A stretch of DNA of 63,724 nt, counting the filler, from Octopus bimaculoides (taxonomy: Eukaryota), in assembly GCF_001194135.2 (NCBI RefSeq). It is 7 parts of 5 records of this genome, joined end to end, with 100 filler letters (N's around TTAATTAATTAA, not from the genome) between each part and the next. Parts side by side here need not be neighbours in the genome. Positions count along the whole stretch, not along the records: positions 46,549 to 52,680 come from NC_068990.1; positions 52,781 to 59,850 come from NC_068985.1; positions 59,951 to 63,724 come from NC_068985.1; 4 more parts are not named here. One strand, 5' to 3'. Each line of letters starts with the position of its first letter. Position 1 is the stretch's first letter. Of this stretch, positions 51,690-63,724 are shown piece after piece. Made by a program: the position numbers and the translations under genes. The notes below the pieces were generated by a model, which searched no databases, had not been told where the DNA came from, and saw only the letters and a list, made by a program, of their open reading frames with translations.

Positions 51690-51848
51690 CCTAGCAGGCC
51701 CAATCTCGATTTTTATTGAAATCCAATCGGCCTATTATTGAACTTGGTGTTAGTTTAACATTTATGCAAAGTTTCATGAAGATTAGTTGGCTGATTTAGG
51801 CAGTAAGATGGTAACAGACAGATATAAATTGCTATCTATATATAAGAT
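51690..51848 (+). mobile_element. Possible HINE-like 3' fragment
   Basis: ATGCAAAGTTTCATGAAGAT...ACAGACAGA...CTATATATAAGAT pattern. Confidence 0.35.
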
Positions 51849-52302
51849 TTGTACTGTTTCCATCAAACTTTCACGAATATATGCTTCACTACGTCAGCCA
51901 GTATCACACTCACATATTCTCACACTATTGTACTTATGCAGAACAGTTAAAATATGTTGCTAAGAGAAGCTTTGGGGCCTCACGTGAATACACTCCGTAC
52001 ACACATACACATTCACATATGTATATACATGCATAGCTATATTTAAACACATACATATACACACAAATGCCTTAAAGTAAATTACAATTTATATATTTCT
52101 TTTTCACTCAAGAGCAGCTCAAAAGGCTTGAAAAGAAAGCTTAATGTCTCAGATATATGTGTTTCTGTGTTTCATAGTGTATGTGTGTGTGTTTCTGTGT
52201 GTGCACGAGCATTTTTTGTGTCTGTATTTTTAGATGTCAATGTGTTTGCGAGTCATTCTTCATCTCTTCTTTATACAATTATGTATCTACATATATATAT
52301 AT

Positions 52303-52680
52303 ATAAAGTGAAGTATATTTGCCATTTAAATGTGGCTGACCCCTAAGGGTGGATGTTACTGTTGCTTTTAGCCCCAGGAGAACATCTCCTCCAGCTGGCT
52401 TATCGACACATATCTGTGTCCTGTCTATTTTTGCCAAGGGAAGTTATCCTTCCCATCTTGATCTGCGATACGTACGGACCCGAGTTTCAGGGTTATTTCC
52501 CTTCTTCAGCGTACGATAATCGCCGACCTTCGATGAGAATGACAATCCCTTGGCAATATATAAGTCTTTTTCCAGTGAAGTTATTCACTGATATCGAAAA
52601 AGTGAAAACAAGCAATGTTAAATCTCTGAACGAGGTGTTAACAGTAACTGCACGATAAAGTGAAGTATATTTGCCATTTA
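52303..52680 (-). mobile_element. Hammerhead-bearing ~352-bp repeat unit (retrozyme-like or Penelope pLTR-like)
   Basis: 26-bp direct repeat ATAAAGTGAAGTATATTTGCCATTTA at 52303-52328 and 52655-52680 (period 352). The second copy runs into a scaffold join. The unit contains the hammerhead and several short hairpins. Confidence 0.65.
52465..52523 (-). ncRNA. Type I hammerhead ribozyme (canonical core, GUC cleavage site)
   Basis: Minus strand reads GCGAT-TAT-CGTACG [CTGAAGA] AGGG-AAATAA-CCCT [GAAA] C-TCGG-G-T-C / CGTACG-T-ATCGC. The CUGANGA and GAAA core is complete. Stem I is 6 bp plus an internal loop plus 5 bp, stem II is 4 bp, and stem III is minimal. Predicted cleavage is between 52477 and 52476. 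Confidence 0.9.
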
Positions 52681-52780
52681 NNNNNNNNNNNNNNNNNNNN
52701 NNNNNNNNNNNNNNNNNNNNNNNNTTAATTAATTAANNNNNNNNNNNNNNNNNNNNNNNNNNNNNNNNNNNNNNNNNNNN

Positions 52781-52815
<35 letters not shown>

Positions 52816-54318
52816 GTGTATATATATATATATATATATATGAATATTTATATATATAATATATTTAAATATAAATACATATATATGTGTGCGTATGCGT
52901 GTGTGTGTACATGAAATGACAAAGAGAGTGAAGGAGAGATAGAAGCAGAGAGTCATATGTGAGAGAGATAGTTAAATAACAGAAAGAAACATTTTCAAGT
53001 TTACTGATAAAAAAAATGATAGCGGATATTCTGGGGAAACTGATAAATATGTGGTGGAACAACAAATATAGATTTAAACAAAATAAATTGAATGTCGGTT
53101 GATGTACAATTTAGTAAATTTGTTATAGCCTTAGATGTTGTCTACGTATAGGGATGCTAGTAAAAGATGTTGATATTATTTTCTGTTCATGCAAATAATT
53201 AACGCATTAATATTTTTGTTTATGTAGCATGGAAAATTTTCTATTGAAATTGGGAGGGAGAAAAGAAAATTGAAGTTTATGCAATTCTATTTCTATTTCG
53301 TTGGAGTAGAAAGAAATACACATAAAAATTGTATAGATGTTTTTCTAAATTTAGAATGTCTGTACTTCAGTTTTACAAACTGAACACACTTTACGGCATT
53401 ATTTCATTATATCGACAAATAATTCGGAAAATAATTGAATTTCTTTGAAAATGTAAGTGCAGGCATTTGAATGTGAGCGTACATACATACATGCATAAAT
53501 ACATACATACTTACATGCATACACACGCACATATATGTATGTATGCATGTATGTATACATTCATACTTACGCACACATGCACACACGCACAAGCACACAC
53601 ACACGTACACACACATATAAGTCTCTGTGTGTTTCCCATTTAAATGGTATACTTTTGCATTTATTCTACTAATGTAACATTTTATTAGATATTTTCAGTT
53701 TATATTTGTCTGGCAAGTTTATACAACTATATAAAGAATAACACATATGTTACTATGTCCATCTACCTTAGTCACAGTTTGTATGAAAACTATGTCTCAC
53801 TGATAAAAAAAAAGAGAATTATTTCGAAATTACATAAACGTACAATATTTCTTGAAAATTATTTTTTGGAGGCATAATTATTTTTTTCCAAAAATATCGG
53901 AACATATATATGAAAACATAACGTATTTTCATGAATTTGCATATTTTCGGCTCATTAATATCAAAATGTTTCTTTAAGTATATCTCTTTCCGCTACTATT
54001 ATTTTACATGTGGGGAAAACGGAGATCGAATCTTGAATAGTCGTGACTAGAAGTCATATTGTTGATTGGCCTTGTAGGCCGCTGAAAGTGCTGACCTGTG
54101 ATCGATCAATCATGATTAATTCTAAGAATATGATCTCTATGTCGACTTTTAAATAAAACTTCATGCCAATAGCACATTTGTATTTTTTTCTTTCAGCTCT
54201 AACAAGTCGTTTTAGCCAAGCTATTTTCATTTGCCAAAATGTTCCAAATACATACACATAGTTGCAATGCACACACACGCTCGCGCGCACACACACACAC
54301 ATACACACACGCGCACAC

Positions 54319-54387
<69 letters not shown>

Positions 54388-55089
54388 ATGTACGCAAGTC
54401 AAGGCATGTAAAATATGCACACTCAAGGTATGCTACTCATGCACTACATACCTTAGAAATATTTGTCAAAAGGACAGATATATATATTTGTGCAAAAACT
54501 TTTGGAAAACTGTTTTAAAAAAATACTTGACGGGAAACAATTAATTATAAGTGATGGCAGAATACCACCGCTGAAACTACTTAAGTTCCTAAAAGGAATG
54601 TATTAGACAATTTCACATTAAGTAGTATAGTAATTAAAAAATTGTCAAGTGGAAGTTCTAAACTAACTAACTTATTTTGGCGACTATGCTTGTTACTTAG
54701 TCTAAAAAAATGTGTCTGAAATGTTAAATACTATGGTCTTTTAAATAAGAAATATATGCTCATTATAAAACATGAACATTTATTGATCCTTTATAGATCT
54801 TAAAGCCTTTAGGAACGTTTGTATAGACATACAATTAAATGCGCATTAAAGACACAGCATAGAACAGTCATAAGATGTTAAACAGAACAGTGCCATTCAA
54901 CAAACATTGATTGATGAAGTTATCTTTTTAGGCCTCAAGGAAAAATTATTTTGGAGTTATTTTAAATTCGAAGAAATCACTAATGACGGATATTATAAAA
55001 GAACTCTTATAATTTGATCAGTAACTATGAGGAAAAATTGACAAGCTGTCAGGATACGGGAGAGATATAAATATTTTTTGATAAATATA

Positions 55090-55495
55090 GGCGCAGGCGT
55101 GTCTGTGCAGTAAGAAGTTTGCTTCCCAACCACATGGTTCCGGGTTTTGTTCCACTGCGTGGTACTTTGGGCAAGTGTCTTCTACTATAGCCTTGGGCCG
55201 AGCTTGTGAGGGGATTTAATTAACGGAAACTGAAAGAAGTCCGTCGTATATATTTATATATACGTGTGTGTGTATCTTTGTGTCTGTGTTTGTCACCTAT
55301 CACCGCTTGATAACCGGTGTTGCATTTACGCACCCGTAACTTAACGTCTCGACAAAAGAGAAAAAGATAAAATAAGTACCAGGCTTTAAAAAATAAAAAT
55401 AAGTATTGCAGTAGAATCATTCAACCTAAAATTATTCAAGGCGATGTCACAGCGTGGCTGCTGTCTAATGGCTCAAACAAGAAAAAGATAAAAGA
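55090..55495 (+). mobile_element. SINE family A, diverged full-length copy
   Basis: GGCGCAGGCGTGTCTGTG head through a diverged tail. Confidence 0.75.
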
Positions 55496-55639
55496 TGCGC
55501 TAATTCTTTTACAAGCATGTTCTGCTACAAAAGAATGCAAAATATTTTCTCTACAGTAAGTGGACTGAGTACGGCTCATTTACGGAGTCAGAGGGCCAAT
55601 GCTTTAGATGATATTACTAAAAACGATTTCCAATTATTT

Positions 55640-56300
55640 AGCAATAATTTACCGCCTCGTAAAATGTTTTCTGATGCTTCAAGCCAAAACGAATCAACTT
55701 CTTTGGAAGAATGAAATTTTTGGAACGCCGTCCTTGTCTCTGAATGTTTTTGCGCTGGCAGAGTACTCAAGTGACCTGACTAACTGAAAATTTGATGGTG
55801 CTAAGTGTAGTGAGTAGGATGAGTGAGGTAGAGCTTCACAGCTCCATGAAAGTATTTTTTCATGGGTTATCTTCGCTGTACGTGGCTTTGCATTATTCTG
55901 CTGCAGGATGATTTCCTTTCTAATTTTCCCACTTCCATTCACTATAAACATTCCCAATTTGAGATAATTTTGCACCATGGGTCAAGGTCTATTAAGCCTC
56001 CTGGATAAGACCCTATTATCTCACTCAGAACCCCTTCAATAGCTGTTTTCATTAAAGTCTTTATTAAGAATAATTTGTCTCCTGGTCAACATAGATCCAA
56101 AGGATGAAAATCATCCTTTTTTGAAATTGTTAAACGACTTTTGGCATTTCCCAGCGCTGACACCATATCCCTTCTGGCTGCGTCCCAATACTTATTGTTT
56201 TGTAGTCATCAACACGCATGAGCAAAGGTTTTGTTTGCTGATAATTGTAAATAAGAGCTCGTTCTCTTGTTAGACTCGGCGGGCCGTTGGGTTAGCTTTG
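55640..56300 (-). pseudogene. Mariner transposase relic
   Basis: IILQQNNAKPRTAKIT...EALPHSSYSLHLAPSNFQLVRSL is a decayed DNARPH...HPPYSPDLAPSD motif. Confidence 0.7.
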
Positions 56301-56750
56301 ACGGTGAAGACATATAACGAAGGCGAACCACTGCGATATTTACAGCAGTGAATCGTGTGTGTTATGAACATATAACATATAAATGTAGGAGGTGTTCTAT
56401 GATGTAAAAGAACAGAGATCGGATATCCATGTTCGAATCAGTTAGACCCTATTGAGAATGAATAAATACCGTATTATTAAAAATGCGCTACTTGCAATTT
56501 ATAAATCTTTGAACTGAGAGTCCTTTAGATTGCTACTGGGAATGCTGAGGTAAGCTTAGAATCTACTGCTCTTCATCTTTTCGCCTGCCAGTTGCTTATG
56601 CCCGTATACATATTCATTAATACATACGTGTAGGTACACACACACACACGCACACACATACACATGCATGTATGTATGTATGTATGTATGTATGTATGTG
56701 TGTGTGTGTATGCATATATATAGATAGATGCTTACATCTATATGTATATA

Positions 56751-56963
56751 TTGGTTTCAAATTTTGGCGTAGGGCCAGCAATTTCAGGGGAAAGGTAAGT
56801 CGATTACATCGGCCCTAGTGTCCAACTGGTACTTATCTTATCAACCCCGAAAGGATGAAAAGCAAAGTCGACCTCGGCGGCGTTTGAACTTAAAATATAA
56901 AGACGGACTAAACGGTGCTAAGCATTTTGCTTGGCGTGCTAACGAGTCTGACAGCTCGTTAGC
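56751..56963 (-). mobile_element. SINE family B
   Basis: Reverse complement of family B. Confidence 0.82.
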
Positions 56964-57713
56964 ATTCTGCTACACAATCACAAGTACATGCACTCAGATA
57001 CACATATTAATGTGTCGAATTTAAAAGCAATAGCTGCATAATAGGATACAAAAATACTGCAATGATGAACATTGTAGATCTAGAAATTCAATGATGGAAG
57101 GATTCAATATCTTCTGTAGAGGGAAATGTAAATACATCTTAATTGAAACGAATTTAATGTACATGTAATATATACATATATATTTATGTAATAATATATG
57201 TAATAATATATTATAATTATGGAGACTTGTTCATCCTCAAAATTTATTCTCTCTTATTTATTTATTTATTTATTTATTTATTCATTTATATGTTTATTTT
57301 CCTCTTATTTATTTCTAGGCTATATTACAGGCAAATGTAGAGAACACGGAATTACATGGAGGAATTTACAGAGTGAATGACAACTNNNNNNNNNNNNNNN
57401 NNNNNNNNNNNNNNNNNNNNNNNNNNNNNNNNNNNNNNNNNNNNNNNNNNNNNNNNNNNNNNNNNNNNNNNNNNNNNNNNNNNNNNNNNNNNNNNNNNNN
57501 NNNNNNNNNNNNNNNNNNNNNNNNNNNNNNNNNNNNNNNNNNNNNNNNNNNNNNNNNNNNNNNNNNNNNNNNNNNNNNNNNNNNNNNNNNNNNNNNNNNN
57601 NNNNNNNNNNNNNNNNNNNNNNNNNNNNNNNNNNNNNNNNNNNACACACACACACATACACACACACACACCCACACCCACACACACATACACACAAATA
57701 TATATACATTACA

Positions 57714-58121
57714 GGCGTTGGAGTGGCTGTGTGGTAAGTAGCTTGCTTACGAACCACATGGTTCCGAGTTCAGTCGCACTGCGTGGCACCTTGGGCAAGT
57801 GTCTTCTATTATAGCCTCGGGCCAATCAAAGCCTTGTGAGTGGATTTGGTAGACAAAAACTGAAAGAAGCCCATCGTATATATGTATATATGTATGTGTG
57901 TGTGTATATGTTTGTGTGTTTGTGTTTGTCCCCCCAACATCACTTGATAACCAATGCTGGTGTGTCTACGTCCCCGTAACCTAGTGGTTCGGTAAAATAC
58001 ACCAATAGAATAAGTACTAGGCTTACAAAGAATAAGTCCTGGGGTCGATTTGCTCGACTAAAGGCGGTGCTCTAGCATGGCCACAGTCAACTGACTGAAA
58101 CAAGTAAAAGAGTAAAACAGT
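57714..58121 (+). mobile_element. SINE family A, full length
   Basis: Colinear with the other family A copies. Confidence 0.9.
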
Positions 58122-58849
58122 AATACATATCTGTGTGTACGCGCGTGCGTGTGTAATATATTTATTTATATCACATGCCTAATTTCAACGTTATATATTT
58201 TCGAAACGAACAGTTATAAACTATATATTTCTCTTAATTAGAATTATTTAAAGTATACCTCCCAGCTGACACAATATAATTCGCTGCTATACTTACACTT
58301 ATCTCTCTCTCTCTCACACACACACACATATGCGCACACATTCAAATAAACAAATAAACTGTTTAACGTTTAATTTTTATATTCCAACTATCTATACCTA
58401 GAAACAAAAGTATTAAAATCTCAAACTCTAAAATTTATATCTTCAGACTCCGCGACGCACTTGAAATTTCGAAATTATGTGAAATAAATAGACTTTTCAA
58501 CCTTGTTTTCTTTCTTATTTTTAATACTAGGTCACCAAATATATGTGTTACATGAGCTCTAGATTACACACACATTGGAAAAAATTACGTGTAAACTAAT
58601 TTTTGATTCTTGACACATTTTGGTGATAAAAATAATTAACATTTCCAATTTATTCAAAATAATTCCATTTAACTAAATAATACGAATCGTTGTAGTGCAT
58701 TCCTTTTCATTCTAGTAATAAAGCCAATTAATTTTTTTCATAGACGAAAGTTAGCATATTCAAAGATTTGCTGTTTTGGAAATTCGTAAAACGACATAAT
58801 GCTATTTGTTTGTTATGTTCAAAATAGCTAAAACTAAACAATTCTAATT

Positions 58850-59400
58850 GATTATTTCTGTATTACCTGTCAATTTGAAGTTCTTTTTTGTTCCTAACAC
58901 CGGAAGTTTTTGTCTTGATTCGATTCAACTCCTAATGAAATCGTCTCGACTGTTCTCACCACAAACATTAGATGATGCTTCTGTCACGAATTTTACACAT
59001 CTCTCCACAGCTTGGGTGTGGTACGGTAATTTTTCCAGTTGCATCAAATGCCGCTATTCAACGAAGGTATAGATTTCTTCATCGGAAAATGCCTACGTTA
59101 GAGGTGGTTACAATAGTATCTTGCCAGTAATGTCCATGTAGTTTGAGGCAGCAGAGTTTAGGTAGGAATTGAAAAAGGTCTCACAGATTTCCCTTTATAT
59201 TGTGTTCGAGCCTTCTATATGCGCCTCCATGTTAGTTCTCGAATATGGCTTTGTTCATCGTTTATCATAGCCAGTAAAATATTTTCTGGGTGCGCGAAGA
59301 AAGTATTCCGTTGTATAACTGGAAATACAATGTCTTGTACAGCTTGGTCCATTTCTCTCAAAGACTCATTTGTCTTGAACACGTTTAGAACCCCATTTTA
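58850..59400 (-). pseudogene. DNA transposase C-terminal relic, probably hAT-related
   Basis: Manual translation gives VFPVIQRNTFFAHPENILLAMINDEQSHIRELTWRRI and LEKLPYHTQAVERCVKFVTEASSNVCGENSRDDFIR. Confidence 0.6.
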
Positions 59401-59537
59401 TGAGGAAGAGTTACAATTAATTGTGAACCACATTGGCACATACATTTTCATTATGTAAGCAACAATTAATTTTATTGTGTTAGAATGATTCTCGGTGCCA
59501 ACATACAATCGTAGCATATGTCCGTTGATATGCCCAC

Positions 59538-59637
59538 GGGCATATGGCGTAGTGGCTAAGAGCGCGGGCTACTAACCCCAAGATTCCGAGTTCGAGTCCA
59601 AGCAGTGACCTGAACAATAATAATAATAATGATGATG

Positions 59638-59680
<43 letters not shown>

Positions 59681-59682
59681 TG

Positions 59683-59730
<48 letters not shown>
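59538..59730 (+). mobile_element. Short tRNA-derived SINE (~76 bp) with (TAA)n tail
   Basis: A box TGGCGTAGTGG and B box GAGTTCGAGTCC. The acceptor stem is not intact and the element ends GTGACCTGAAC(AAT)n. Confidence 0.75.
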
Positions 59731-59850
59731 TCTGCCAAGAAAAGAGGGAGGCCGAGGACTTCTACAGCTGGCATTAACAATGAAGGTAGCCACAATTGGC
59801 CTAGACACCTATCTGAAAAACTCTGCAGACTGGATGCTAAAACTTGTCTC
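59729..59850 (+). mobile_element. R4/Dong-like LINE internal fragment starting at a (TAA)n array
   Basis: YLPRKEGGRGLLQLALTMKVATIGLDTYLKNSADWMLKLV; the LPRKEGGRGL motif lies C-terminal to the RT in this group. The fragment is cut by a scaffold join. Confidence 0.7.
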
Positions 59851-59950
59851 NNNNNNNNNNNNNNNNNNNNNNNNNNNNNNNNNNNNNNNNNNNNTTAATT
59901 AATTAANNNNNNNNNNNNNNNNNNNNNNNNNNNNNNNNNNNNNNNNNNNN

Positions 59951-59982
<32 letters not shown>

Positions 59983-60056
59983 ATATATATATATATATAT
60001 TTGTATATGTATATATATATGTATATATATATATGTGTGTATGTATATATATACAT

Positions 60057-60095
<39 letters not shown>

Positions 60096-61052
60096 CTTGT
60101 ACATACATAAATTGACATACACACATATGCATACAAACACACAGACACACACAAACATGAAATATATATATACATATGGTTACACGTACAATATGAATAA
60201 ATGAGAAAGAACTTCTCTCGAGCGACATCACACAACATATCATTGAGATAGATGTCGAATCTGAGAAGATTTTCTAATCAACACATCAAACGACGCAAGG
60301 CTAAAAACAGTCAAAAATCGATAGGTTGTATGAAGTGTCTGAATATCTCTTGTTTCAAGCAGTTATTTCGCCACAAGAAACATCACAGCCATTCAGAAAA
60401 ATATCTTAAAAGTACATCAATATTCATAGTGTCATAGCTTTTGTTTAGCGTATATGAGACATTTCACATTTATTCGTTATTTAGCTGTGGGTCATCATAG
60501 CTGGAACAGTGTTATCATCAAAGACGTACATGCTTCTACCGTTTCCACGTATTTTGGTATTCTTTTATGTATAGTGTGTGGAACCATATTCTTCAATGCG
60601 TCCTGTGTTGCTTTGTTTTTTCTTTAATAGCAGGGTGTATTTTGATGTGAGTTGGCAACACTTTTCTGGTCGAACACCTCCATAATTGGTTCCTCGTTGG
60701 ATTGTTTATTTTCTTGCCGCTTATCGGCATATATTCACAAGTTTTATATAAATTGTACGAAAAATTGTTTGAAAAACATTAACGAAAATTAATATACCGT
60801 GTCGTGTTCCTTTATGATATATTTATAACGCCGTTGGTGATATGTGACCAACGGGGCAGCCATTATTTCACAAATTTGTGTTAGCAGGTGTAATCAGAGT
60901 GTGTTTGTTTCCAGCTCTTTCGATTTTCTCATTGATGTTTCCAGCCTCCAAGATATACAATGGTAAAAATGAGATAAACACACACACACACACACTTGCA
61001 TACAAGTATACTTACGCGCACACATGCACATACACGCAGCTAAGCCCCCCCC

Positions 61053-61466
61053 CCATGCTTACATACAGACACATAATTACATATAATTAAATAAAATGGA
61101 GTCAAGATGGGGTACGGTTTGACATCTATTTAATAAATACTACACATGTTTCGATACAACATAGACCCACATATACACAGGATTTAAATTAAGCAATGGT
61201 TTACCTGTAAAATGGGATCCAGTTTTATCACCTCAGCATCGAAGTCAACGGTTTACTAACGAGGACAACAATTATATATCACCTGAGTAGACACAACAGG
61301 ATCCCATTATACAGGTGAAACGTTGCTTAATTTAAATCGTGTGTACATGTGGATCTATGTTGTATCGTAACAGGTGTAGTGCTTATTAAATAGCTGTCAA
61401 ACCGTACTCCATCTTGACTCTATTTTATTTAATTATATGTAATTAGGTATCTGTATGTAAGCATGG
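61053..61466. repeat. Foldback element, ~168-bp inverted arms, 78-bp spacer (MITE or inverted pLTR)
   Basis: 61053-61220 (CCATGCTTACATACAGA...AATGGGATCC) pairs with 61299-61466 (GGATCCCATT...TCTGTATGTAAGCATGG) with scattered mismatches. Confidence 0.88.
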
Positions 61467-61467
61467 A

Positions 61468-61569
61468 AGGCTTGGCCCGAGACTATAGAAGACACTTGCC
61501 CAAGGTGCCACGCAGTGGGACTGAACCCGGAACCATGTGTCTGGGAAGCAAGCAACTTACCACTCAGCC
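61468..61569 (-). mobile_element. SINE family A, head fragment abutting the foldback
   Basis: ACACTTGCCCAAGGTGCCACGCAGTGGGACTGAACCCGGAACC. Confidence 0.8.
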
Positions 61570-62260
61570 GTATATATATATATATATATATNNNNNNNNN
61601 NNNNNNNNNNNNNNNNNNNNNNNNTATATGTGCGTGTATATATATATATACACGAAAAATACGTATGGAGAAAATCACATCTTTAATTGTAGAATTCCCT
61701 TTACAAAACCGACAATTGTTTCTATTATGGCCTGTATGTATGTATGTATGTATGTATGTATGTATGTATCTATCTATATATCTATTTATCTATCTATCTA
61801 TCTATTTATATATAAATGTAAACGCTTTTGGTAGTATGTAGAATATTATAATGGTAATAATTAGGTTAGTCAGAAGGAATAAATGAATTGTTTCTTGGAT
61901 TATTTATATACAGGAGGTCTTCAAAAATTCCAAGGAAATGAAACGAAATGGAATAAAATCAAATCAAATCAAGTCGAATAATTATGTTATTATATTTAAG
62001 AATTTTTACTCTGACATTTGAGAATCCGCTAGATATAAAAAAAATCACAAAATTCTCAAGTGCTAGACAATAAATTCTTAAAGGTAATAAAAGCAAATAT
62101 TCTACTAAATTTCATTTTATGCTATTTTAGCTCGCTGCTTTTCCATTTCATTTCATTTCTTCGGAAAATTTAAAGAAAATCTCTATTTGTCTGCAAATTA
62201 ACTAAGGAACAGTTCTTTTATTTCATCAGACTGACCTTTATATTTTTAATAATATAAGTC

Positions 62261-62460
62261 GGTGAGTTGGCAGAAACGTTAGCACGCCGGGCGAAATGCT
62301 TACCAGTATTTCGTCTGTTTTTACGTTCTGAGTTCAAATTCTCCCCTGGTCGACTTTGCCGTTCATCTCTTCGGGGTTCATAAATTAAGTACCAGTTGCA
62401 TACTGGGGTTGATCTAATCGGCTGCTCCCCACCCAAAACGAAATTTCGGGCCGCGAAAAG
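62261..62460 (+). mobile_element. SINE family B
   Basis: GGTGAGTTGGCAGAAACGTTAGCACGCCGGGCG... Confidence 0.82.
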
Positions 62461-62512
62461 AATATTGTTACAAATACACAAAGACACACACACACACACA
62501 CACACACACATA

Positions 62513-62591
<79 letters not shown>

Positions 62592-63692
62592 CCCACCACA
62601 TATATGTTAGGCGTATATATGTATAGCAAAACAACAAGCAATTAACTAGTTAGAAAATCTCTATAAGAGATTAACGCCGTAACTATACTGAGAAGTAATG
62701 TTTATCGCCACCGAAACTTGGCTTTTCTGTAGGAACCGAGGTTCATGCTATTTGTAACCACAGGACGAAGCCTCCTCTAGCTGGTTATTCGATGCAACTT
62801 GTACCGATATATATTGTAATCAGGGGAATTAAAGTCTCTGTGCAGATTGCATAGAAGAGCTAGCTGGATGTGGCGTCTTCCTATGGCGAGAAACAGTAGT
62901 AAAATTGGTTCCTACAGAAGAGTCATGGTCAGGTGGAAATAAATATTACATCTTAGTATAGGCACTGGTTTCACCTCTTATAAAGATATCCTTATCAGCT
63001 AATTTGCTTGTTGAAAGATCAGTTCCTGGTTTTAACTTATTTTCTATGTATTTAGAGGTGGAGAATATTACTGCTATCTCTAGCAGACGAGCGTCCACCA
63101 CCGAGGATGATCATAAAGAGACCGAAAACTTACGGTCTGGTGGGATCGTGACTGGAAGATGGTAGGAGTTCACGCCCCTGCATGCAATATATATTGGGTG
63201 CAGACTGCATCGAATAACCTGATGGAGGAGGCGTCATTCTGGAGTTAAAAATAGCAGTAACATCGGTTCCTGCGATACGGCTCTCTTTAAGTGGGAATAA
63301 ACATTATAACGAAACAGGAAAAAGCAAATGTTTTGATATTAGGAATACTGCATTACATGTGTTTCATTTGATAATAGGAATTACAGATTTACATGTTATA
63401 TAGTCATGTAAGGAATTTCCTATTAATGGAATAAACAGATGTGTATCAAGAGGAACAGTTGGAATCTACCTTAGGTACTTATAAAATATAATGTGTGTGT
63501 GTGTATTTATACATATATATGTATATATATATATGCATATATATATGTATATATATGTATATATGTATATGTACGTTGTCCACGTGTTTTTGCAACGTCC
63601 TGTACTCAGATATGCATCTATATATACATGTAGATGTAGGTATGTACATACATGTACGTATATATGCATACACTCACATATTATTTGTATTA

Positions 63693-63724
<32 letters not shown>

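Noticed and set aside
52353-52658. 101-aa plus-strand ORF with hydrophobic start
   Set aside because: Antisense to the hammerhead unit with no recognisable domain; openness is plausibly a chance result.
59538-59613. Functional tRNA gene
   Set aside because: Acceptor and anticodon stems are incomplete and it carries a (TAA)n tail, so it is a SINE.
63000-63260. Possible decayed APE endonuclease (VPGFNLF, RGG, VGVHAP)
   Set aside because: Motifs fall in different frames and are too weak without a profile search.

Overview
AT-rich, repeat-dominated eukaryotic DNA, most likely a cephalopod (octopus) genome; this is inferred from the SINE/LINE repertoire and microsatellite load. The window has many N gaps and six artificial scaffold joins (44 N + TTAATTAATTAA + 44 N). 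I can support no host protein-coding gene, and nearly all ORF-track ORFs are microsatellite or gap artefacts. The window is a mosaic of several tRNA-derived SINE families, two RTE-clade LINE relics (one with a PHD-type zinc finger inside the RT), an L1/Tx1-like LINE, R4/Dong-like LINE fragments in (TAA)n tracts, and Tc1/mariner and hAT-like transposase relics. The main hidden signal is structured RNA. A canonical type I hammerhead ribozyme (minus strand, 52465-52523, GUC site) lies in a 352-bp, hairpin-rich repeat unit that resembles a retrozyme or Penelope pLTR. A second near-canonical hammerhead sits in an inverted repeat (32943-33008), and a third degenerate one has a long stem II (40726-40839). 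There are also long foldbacks and a tandem hairpin+pseudoknot array in the RTE 3' UTR. All structures were read by eye and no database searches were run. Ends of degenerate repeats are approximate.
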